Shown here: positions 57,986-64,000 of the stretch, piece after piece
Layout: every line of letters begins with the position of its first letter
Numbering within the stretch: the first letter of the stretch is position 1
Notes under the pieces: generated by a model
The model's input: only the letters and a program-made list of their open reading frames with translations
What the model was told of the DNA's origin: nothing
The model's database searches: none
NCBI GenBank assembly: GCA_024346625.1
Contig: AP024664.1
Span: 3,906,001-3,970,000, forward strand
Reading direction: 5' to 3'
Length of the DNA stretch: 64,000 nucleotides
DNA from: Williopsis jadinii
Taxonomy: Eukaryota
Made by a program: the position numbers and the translations under genes

Positions 57986-60328
57986 ATGACTGTTGACCAG
58001 AGACGTATGAGCAGAGGCCGCAGGGCCTCTGTGATCCAATCTATTGCCCATAATATTCCGCAATTGGAGGTGAGTGTGCCTATATATGTCCCGTGAAGCC
58101 AGTAACTAACACACGATGCTAAGAGCCGAGTCACTTTGGAGCATAAGGAACAGCCAAAGACAGCAGAATACCTGATCACGAGAAAGATCCAGAGTGACGA
58201 CCCGAGTGCGATCATTTTCCCGCTAACAGAGTCTGAAAAGCTCAAGGTGTCCCAGGCGTACAATGACTCCTTCAACTTTAGAGTGCTGACGACGCCAGAG
58301 GAGCAAAAGCAAATGGATTACCAACAGAACTTGAAGTACACACAGTTTCTCCAGAGCTGCGACTATAGACAGCACACCTACTCGGACCTGATTAACGATT
58401 CTGATGAGATCATCACCTCGTTGGCCAAACTGACGTTCATGTACGACACCGTGACGAAGGAGACGGAGGAGTTCCAGAAGAAGTCCGATTCGCTGCTGAA
58501 GGAGTATACGTCTATTGTGAAGTTAGGAGAGGATGTCAAGGACGAGCTGCACTACTACGAGATGCTGGATGCGTTCACGAGAAAGCTGAACAACCCGAGT
58601 CCAAACATTGTCAGAAAGGAATCGTTTAGGAAAATGGTCGAACAGCTAGACGAATGCTTGAAGTTTGTGAAGGACCATCCACAGCACAAGGAGCACGAAG
58701 TGTTCGAAAGAAGATTCAAACAGTGTCTTATTAGATCCTTGACTCTGATAAGAAACTACATCATCAATAACTTGAAAACAGTGAGAGATGAGATAAATTC
58801 AAAGCTGTCAAGTGCAAAGTCTGCTGTCACACAGAACGCCCTGATTTATACGAGATTCGGTGCTGACTGTTCATTCCTGAAAGACGTCTCCTATGAGCTA
58901 TGTGTGCGTGCTGGTGAGGACCAGGAGTTCCAAGGCCTGCTGAACGATTGTTACAACAACTACTTCAGCATCAGATCTAAGCTCATTTCACCTCTTTTGA
59001 AAGAGCAGTTCCAGTCCCATCATAACGATAAGAAGCCTTTGGTACAGCATGCTCAGACGAACATTCTGTTCTTCACCCAAGTCCTGGAGAATGAGTTTGA
59101 ACTGTTTTACAAGGTGTTTTCAACGGACAGTGGTAATGCCCTGAGAAATTGGTTCCAACAATTAGGTGAGCCTTTACATGACGACTTGAGAAATGTTATC
59201 TTGAAGGAGACTTCGATCGTCTCTTTAACTGAGATGATCACGCTGTTAAACAAGTACTACGAATATGAGGATGATCACTTTGAAAATGAGTACGATGAGT
59301 CTGGAAGTACCCATGAAGGAGAAAGATTCGAAAATGTCGATCTAGGAGCAGTATTCGAACCAATATTGCAAGATTTACAGTCCAGATTGGTATTCAGAAC
59401 ACAGATATTTGTTGAGGAGAACATCGTCAAGTACAAGCCTTCTGCAAAGGATTTCCAGATCGGTGCTAGAAAGCATAGCATTAGAGATGTTACTGGTGCT
59501 GATAATGAGCTCGTTTCCACTGCTTACTCCAAGACTGGATTGAAAGATTGGTACACCCCACTGGAGAAGGGAATTTCTTTGCTCTCCAAGATCTATGAGC
59601 TGGTTTCATCCTCTGTGTTTGATGACCTGGCACATCACATAGTTCACGATTGTATAATCTCGTTGAAACAGGCTTATGAGGTTGGTGTCCACGCAGTTGG
59701 AAAGTTCGATGCTGACCTTTTCCTCCTGAAGAACTTTTTGGTGTTGAAGGAACGAGTCCAGGAGTTTGACATCGAATACGTGAGCTCTGAAACGTTCCTG
59801 GATTTCAGTGGTGTTGGAGACATCATTCACAAGATCAGCAATGGTGAAAGTGTTTTCAAGTCTCAAGGCCTACTGGGGTTGGTCCAGGAAAGTGTACCAA
59901 GAGTTGTTAAAAACATGATTGATGCAAGACAGGAGCTACAGTTAGAGCTCCGTAATGTTGTTCATATCTTCACACAGGATGTTGTTTCCCAGATATGTGT
60001 ACCTATCAAGGAGCAGGAAGTGAGTAGTGCCCTTGATGACTCGAGAGAACTACGTGATAATATTGAAGCGACACTTCCTCGTATTAAACAGCAGATTGAG
60101 CTATTCATCGATGATGAAAATGTCATAACCGCACTCATCGATGGGATCCAGGAACTTCTCGTCCAGAATTACGAGGATTACTACCACAATATTTCCTCAA
60201 AAGTTGAAGGGTTAGTAGAGGTCGACATGATGATCGCCTTCATCGGACAGATTGTTGCAAAGATGTTTGAATCTACACCTGAGCTTCAAGCCTCTCATGA
60301 TCTGGACAAGCTGGCCATTGAAGAGTAG
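57986..60328 (+). CDS. COG3: COG complex subunit Cog3; intron 58070-58123 (start 57986 or 58007)
   Basis: MSRGRRASVIQSIA exon; GTGAGT..AACTAAC..AAG phase-0 intron; FKQCLIRSLTLI, LQDLQSRLVFR, FDDLAHHIVHDCI. Confidence 0.9.
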
Positions 60329-60388
60329 AACCCAACAAATATAGTGAATTGACACCAGTACAGTATCCTGGAGTGTAGTGTACGACCT

Positions 60389-60737
60389 TCAGTGGTCATT
60401 GTTCTCCTCATCGTCCAATGGGTTATAAGTATTAGCAGCCAGAAGCTTATTAAGCATGGTCTTCACGTACTCCACCTTACTCTTATCTATGAGCAAATGT
60501 GTATCATCCAGCTCCTTCACACACCCTCTGTAGTCAGTATAGGCTTCTCTACGTATAGAACCTCTGGCTCATGGATATACTCACCTGTATCACGATGTCA
60601 TGCTCCGTCGAATCGATCTGGAGGATCAAAGCTCTAATCGAAGGATCGCACTCAACGAGAGAACCTAAGCTGTGTCAGTTACGATGCACTCAGAGCTCAT
60701 CCAAATGGTGCTACTAACCTGTAATAACTCGTACCAT
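60389..60737 (-). CDS. TFB5: TFIIH subunit Tfb5; exons 60737-60719, 60664-60585, 60514-60389
   Basis: Spliced MVRVITGSLVECDPSIRALILQIDSTEHDIVIQELDDTHLLIDKSKVEYVKTMLNKLLAANTYNPLDDEENNDH; absent from the ORF track. Confidence 0.92.
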
Positions 60738-60985
60738 CGTGCCCTTTGTATTATGAACGTTGCTGAGAGACGAGACATAACTAGCTCGGAAAGTCAGTGT
60801 TGTTGAAGTTACGGTATGGCGTGCGGTATGGGCACAATGTATGGGAGATGAGTACGCATTTTAGGCAGGATTAACCAACTAGGCAACTTTTCTATACACT
60901 CGAGGGTAAGTACTTCAGTTATTTGTTGTTTATATAGATCAATTGAGTGTGTATAAGCATACTTATGTATACTCGAGTGGTTTTT

Positions 60986-61809
60986 TTACTGGTTTCCTCT
61001 GAAGAAGGATGGCACTAGTCTTCCAAACATGGAGCCTGACACGGTTCCAAAGACACTGGAGGCCAGATCGTTGGCCTTTCCGAACTTGTCACATCTTGTG
61101 AACGCCATGGTGTTGATGATGGTCAGCGTGAGCCCAATAATCACCAGTATCAACGACAGGAATTCGAGTTTGAGGAAAGCCAAGATGCCCATAACGCCCC
61201 AGACGAAAGGCGTGAGGTATAGCCAGAACCAGAATATGTTTGAGTCAACAGGGTTGATCTGTCTATCAGGGTTGGCAGTTTCGAAGACCCATATACTCTC
61301 GCCGTTGTCGTCAGTTTCGTTCCACCAACGCAGTCCAACGAGAAGTCGTCCACTGATGTTCTTGACGTTCCAGAAATCAGCAGCCAATAGTAAGATAACC
61401 GTTATGAATTCAAGAATGCTAGTAGAGTATGTGTCAGTTGATACTGCAAGGGAGCCAAATCAGAGCTGTGGAAGGCTCAAATGAGACCGTAGTCAGTGCT
61501 CCGTCGATATCGGGGCACGTAGTCTTAGGGGAGGTCAATTGAGTCTTCTATGTCTGTTGAGGAGAAACGGGAGGTGTACAAATACTCACAAGCTTTTCGT
61601 GAAGAACATTCCAAGAGCATACGCCACCGGTGCACCTGTTATCTCAGCTGTTAGTAAGCTTGTTCAGGCGGTGAAATCGGCTCAGCTCAGCTCATCCAAT
61701 CGCTGAGGAAAGGGTGTCACTCACCAATTCTGAAACCAAGGAAGAACAGAAGTGCCAACGGATGCGAAGATTGTTTAATCCTATCGGTGAATGTCTGCGG
61801 CTCACTCAT
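60986..61809 (-). CDS. TVP23: Golgi membrane protein Tvp23; exons 61809-61725, 61635-61590, 61418-60986
   Basis: SSHPLALLFFL.FR, AADFWNVKNISGRLLVGLRWWNE; two GTGAGT introns keep frame. Confidence 0.93.
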
Positions 61810-61919
61810 CTTCGAGGTGTTTCAATTACTCTGGAGGGATAATCAGTGGCATTGCTCCATCAACATGGAGAAAGAGTGGGAGGGCCGTTGTATATGGGAG
61901 GTGGTGCCTAGAGGAGTGT

Positions 61920-61980
61920 GGTGTGTGGATGTTTAGGTGTCCGGGTTATGTGGTGTCCGGATGATGTGGTGTACTGATGT
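61920..61980 (+). repeat. Degenerate 16-bp-period GGTGT-repeat array (Rap1-site/telomere-like)
   Basis: GGTGT starts at 61920, 61936, 61952 and 61968. Confidence 0.7.
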
Positions 61981-62113
61981 TCCCTTCCGCATGATACTGC
62001 GCCGTAAAAGCTTTTCGATTCCAACCTCTTTCTTAGTCAAGTCGTGTGGACATTCAACGTTGTTCTGTGCCTATTGACGTTAGAGAGACCTTGGAGAGGT
62101 GGAACGTGGCACG

Positions 62114-64000
62114 ATGGGTTACTCTATGAAGCAAAAGATCGACATTTGCCTCATGAGTGAGGCAAATCCCAGTATGACTCAAACGGATCTTGCTCAATGG
62201 GCAAAGACAAGGTTCAACTCCACGAAACCACCATCTCAGACCACAATCTCGAGGATATTGGCCAAGAAGGATGCCCTCATCTCTCTGAAAGAGCACGAGT
62301 ACAAGCTTATACGGCGAAGACGCCTCTCAAACACGCTCTTGAGGAAAGTGCTGCTGGAATGGATCACACAATGCGTGTGGAACAACATTCCAATAACGTC
62401 TCCAATCATACTGAGCTCAGCAGCCAACTTTTGGAAGCAGTTACCAGAGACGATGAAAGACGGGACTGGTGAGTTCTCGTTCAAATGGTGCTCTCAGTTC
62501 TTGTCGAGGGTCAACATCAACTTGTCGACCATTGACCGGGACTTATATGCCAACAGGCTCCATGTCTGGACATTTGAAGAGAGAGAGAACCTGAAGTCGC
62601 TGTTTACAGGTGTGGATCCTTCAAAGATCTTCACTGTGCAGGAGATGCTGATCAGTCACGACCTGCCCTTGGACAAGGCTCTTTATCACGATAGCTCTGA
62701 TTTTCTCACTTGTATGCTGTGTACGAACGTTGACGGGTCGGAGAGGTTGGACCCCTTGATCATTGGAAGGTACGAAGACTACCCGTCTTTTGAGTCGAAA
62801 TCATCGATGAAGGCAGCTACAAAGCACGGCGTCAGCTATCGCAGCAATCGTAAGAAATGGCTCACCTCGACTGTTTTCTACGATTGGCTGTGTGTCCTTG
62901 ATAAGAGATTGGCACTTGTCCAAAAGGATATTATTTTGGTACTTGATGACACTGCTTCGCACAGAGTTGTTAACATTAAGCTTCAAAGGATTCGTCTGTT
63001 GTACACCTCTTCAAATTCTAACTTCTTACCTATGGCCTGGGGTGTTGAGAACGATCTACGGTTGAATTTCAGAATTGCTCAATACGAAAAGCTCAGACAA
63101 AAGCAGGTCTCGCTGAGGGATAAGATCTTGTCAGATCAGGAGTTGCATTTCACTATGGCAGACACGTTTGACCTAATTAAAGTGGCATGGGCAAATTTGC
63201 CCGCCTCTAGGATCAAATCTGCTTGGAAGCAGTCTGGTATATTACCAGATTCCATCACACAGTCGTTCGGGAAGGTTCGAATGTTCGATGACACTTTGGA
63301 GACGAAACTGGTGGATGCTATTGACTCTTTACTAGTGCAGGAGAAGTGGGATGTACTATCGCTTATGGATCTAAGCATTGAGAAGAAGATCAACAAGACT
63401 TTTCTTTCAAACCAGGAGATCATCGAGTCCTGTATCGTTGATAACTACGACGATTTCGACCACAGTACTGGGAAACAATTAAGAGCTCCATTCTCACATA
63501 CATTGGGACAAGAATTCCAGCCACTTCGAAGATTTGGCCAGGTCCGTCGTAAATACGGATATTACTCCAATGGAAGCACACCTACGGACTCCACATCGCC
63601 CAGAATCCCGTCAGACTACTGGGACCTGGACAACTTCCAGTTTGATGGTAATATGGCAGACTTTTATATGCTTGGGAATGAACCCTCGCCAGCACAAGCG
63701 CAAGCACCTGTTACACAGGTTCAGCTCATGTCTGAATTGGCACCTTCTGCGCAGACCTGGGGGACATTTGCACCAAATACACAGCCATACATGGCCCAAC
63801 CTTTGGAGTCGTCAAGCCTCACGCCTGCAGATATCAGATTCGGGTTGAATAACTTGGAGTTTGGTGTGACTAGCGATGCCATGTTAAGCCCGACCCAGAT
63901 GATCTCCAACGAAGAGAAGCTGGAGATTATTCACAATTTTATGAACTTGGTGGAGTCTGATCGTTCTCTTCTACTCTCCAAGAGTGCAAAGAACGAGATT
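62114..64000 (+). CDS. PDC2: Pdc2 transcription factor (CENP-B HTH + DDE_1-like domain), 3'-truncated by the window
   Basis: MGYSMKQKIDICLMSEANPSMTQTDLAQWAK...PPSQTTISRIL...LLEWITQ..WNNIPITSPII; CTNVDGSERLDPLIIG; absent from the ORF track, consistent with no stop in the window. Confidence 0.9.
   Translation, partial: MGYSMKQKIDICLMSEANPSMTQTDLAQWAKTRFNSTKPPSQTTISRILAKKDALISLKEHEYKLIRRRRLSNTLLRKVLLEWITQCVWNNIPITSPIILSSAANFWKQLPETMKDGTGEFSFKWCSQFLSRVNINLSTIDRDLYANRLHVWTFEERENLKSLFTGVDPSKIFTVQEMLISHDLPLDKALYHDSSDFLTCMLCTNVDGSERLDPLIIGRYEDYPSFESKSSMKAATKHGVSYRSNRKKWLTSTVFYDWLCVLDKRLALVQKDIILVLDDTASHRVVNIKLQRIRLLYTSSNSNFLPMAWGVENDLRLNFRIAQYEKLRQKQVSLRDKILSDQELHFTMADTFDLIKVAWANLPASRIKSAWKQSGILPDSITQSFGKVRMFDDTLETKLVDAIDSLLVQEKWDVLSLMDLSIEKKINKTFLSNQEIIESCIVDNYDDFDHSTGKQLRAPFSHTLGQEFQPLRRFGQVRRKYGYYSNGSTPTDSTSPRIPSDYWDLDNFQFDGNMADFYMLGNEPSPAQAQAPVTQVQLMSELAPSAQTWGTFAPNTQPYMAQPLESSSLTPADIRFGLNNLEFGVTSDAMLSPTQMISNEEKLEIIHNFMNLVESDRSLLLSKSAKNEI

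Noticed and set aside
62114..64000. CENP-B HTH + DDE_1 ORF as an active pogo/Tigger transposase, or as the mobiliser of the tRNA insertion
   Set aside because: The N-terminus matches the conserved host gene PDC2, no TIR is visible upstream, and pogo elements make TA TSDs, not 3-bp TSDs with CACT ends.

Overview
Gene-dense budding-yeast (Saccharomycotina) chromosome segment. It uses the standard genetic code (CTG encodes the invariant Leu of the MAPK HRDLK motif) and has short spliceosomal introns; a Phaffomycetaceae-type yeast such as Cyberlindnera is my inference only. About 25 protein genes are recognisable: an FGGY/ribulokinase, an ARP10-like gene, TMS1, a truncated Gis2-like zinc-knuckle gene, EMP70, TRS85, RAX2, two tandem GPI cell-wall paralogs, a GID11-like gene, CDC37, an arrestin, a FUS3-type MAPK, HIU hydrolase, MSS4, SEC5, SMD3, PEP3/VPS18, TAF10, a BNI4/AFR1-like gene, CCM1, STN1, RRP8, COG3, TFB5, TVP23 and PDC2 (runs off the window). 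The standout observation is a tRNA-Ile(AAT) gene on the minus strand split into two intact halves (23993-24045 and 21505-21528) by a 2464-bp insertion (21529-23992). The insertion has CACTA/CACTG termini, an imperfect TIR, a 3-bp target-site duplication, subterminal repeats and a perfect 40-bp palindrome, so it looks like a non-autonomous CACTA/EnSpm-like DNA transposon sitting in the T-arm of a tRNA. Further points: a 16-bp-period Rap1/telomere-like array, intron-split genes missed or mis-called by the ORF track, an X-Pro/X-Ala pro-peptide in one cell-wall paralog, and several unexplained gene-free stretches.
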